The position numbers were made by a program, and so were the translations under genes. A stretch of 16,820 bases of DNA from Candidatus Nanohaloarchaea archaeon (GTDB lineage: Archaea > Nanohalarchaeota > Nanosalinia > Nanosalinales > Nanosalinaceae). The stretch's first letter is position 1. Each line of letters starts with the position of its first letter. Location of the stretch: NCBI GenBank assembly GCA_042218325.1, contig JBDGRE010000035.1:1-16820 (forward strand). The letters are read 5' to 3'. Below are positions 15,880 to 16,820 of this stretch, one piece after another. The notes beneath the pieces were generated by a model. The model was not told the origin of the DNA. It worked only from the letters and a program-made list of their open reading frames with translations, and searched no databases.

Positions 15880-16820
15880 TTAAGGCATCGGATTCGTAGG
15901 TATCAGCTGATAACCTGTTCCCAAGTCGTGGTAACCCTTACCCATCACATACATGTGCGTCTCCCGCAGGTGGACAGTAGCACCCTCCCCGTCATAATAT
16001 CCTGAAGCATATCCGAAAACCGTAACCTTATCCACTGCAGCCCCGTTAGGGATATCGATATTTGACCATGAAAAACTGGAAGCAATTGTACAGGTTTCAT
16101 AGCCATCGTCTGAGACGCTCAATGAAGGATATGCGTGATACTTGCCATTGTTAACAGTTTGAACCGTAACATTTTCTACTCTTCCTGAACCTTCCTGACC
16201 TCCCGATGCACAAGTGTTGCTCACGCCCACATATATACGGGAGTCATCGAACAAGTACTCTCCTCCCTTCGCAAAATTAGCGGTAACCTTAATGTAACCG
16301 CTGCACTGAAAACATCTGATAGAGTCGCTTATACCATCGCCAGTGTTCCCGTTCCACCAAGATACGGAGTTATCCGGGTTCGATTTCACCTCCCTGTGTG
16401 ACTGAGAAGTAACCTTACTGTCCACATAACCCTTCGTGGCCGCGTCATTGGCCGAGTTGGGAGATGACAACCCTGTTATCTGGTGGGAGTTCATGTCAAG
16501 ACCGTTTCCGGGACCTGTCCACCTTATCCACCCGTCGTTGTAATCTCTTATCGCGGCATCGTCCGAAATCCACAGACCGCCCCCATTTACATTCGGCTTG
16601 TTAGCGTAAAGCAACCCGTTCGACGTATCGTATATCAACTTCCCGTTATTGTTCTTCAAAGCCTCGATATCAGTAACATTGTTACCACTCAGGTCGATGC
16701 TATTGCTTCCGGCGCCGTTACCGCGTGAAAGCACATCGCTCAGGGCCTGATTATCCGGTACGACATCGTCGCTGGTATCTACGTAGCTCTTGGTGGTGGC
16801 GTCCTGGGCCTCTACCGGGT
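15880..16820 (-). CDS. fibre-like protein B, 5'-truncated by the window edge (tail-fibre/trimeric adhesin-like)
   Basis: Frame stays open to the window end: PVEAQDATTKSYVDTSDDVVPDNQALSDVLSRGN...; two DAxTKxYVD motifs; IDLSGNNVTDI and LDMNSHQITGL shaft motifs. Confidence 0.8.
   Translation of the reverse strand, partial: PVEAQDATTKSYVDTSDDVVPDNQALSDVLSRGNGAGSNSIDLSGNNVTDIEALKNNNGKLIYDTSNGLLYANKPNVNGGGLWISDDAAIRDYNDGWIRWTGPGNGLDMNSHQITGLSSPNSANDAATKGYVDSKVTSQSHREVKSNPDNSVSWWNGNTGDGISDSIRCFQCSGYIKVTANFAKGGEYLFDDSRIYVGVSNTCASGGQEGSGRVENVTVQTVNNGKYHAYPSLSVSDDGYETCTIASSFSWSNIDIPNGAAVDKVTVFGYASGYYDGEGATVHLRETHMYVMGKGYHDLGTGYQLIPTNPMP

Noticed and set aside
9109-16820. Diversity-generating retroelement or invertible shufflon acting on the fibre tips
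   Set aside because: No reverse transcriptase, recombinase, near-identical TR/VR pair or inverted recombination sites seen by eye; a self dot-plot and flanking sequence are needed to exclude it fully
9109-16820. Provirus tail module
   Set aside because: Signal peptides, individual promoters, mixed orientation and no viral hallmark genes in the window; not excluded beyond the right edge

Overview
Gene-dense archaeal DNA with strongly acidic cytoplasmic proteins. It is most likely from a nanohaloarchaeon (DPANN), which is an inference from the archaeal GluRS and RNase J types, the acidic proteome, frequent AGG/ATA codons and near-zero intergenic space. Left part (1-9028): an unannotated 44-aa Zn-finger microprotein, gltX, a small winged-helix gene apparently interrupted by an amber codon, then a light/UV-protection neighbourhood. 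That neighbourhood holds two different photolyase-family genes, a nitroreductase, an orphan haloarchaeal-type carotenoid hydratase cruF and a GT2 glycosyltransferase, and ends with RNase J. Right part (9109-16820): a cluster of predicted secreted or surface proteins. These are two tail-fibre/trimeric-adhesin-like proteins with shared shaft motifs and unrelated low-GC tips, a 1408-aa protein with five LamG domains (the fifth split by a nested fibrinogen-like domain), and a secreted protein with three Cys-bracketed repeats. This surface locus is the best candidate for an undescribed system, possibly modular host attachment. No rRNA, tRNA, CRISPR, transposase or reverse transcriptase was recognised. 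All family calls are by motif recognition, with no database search run.
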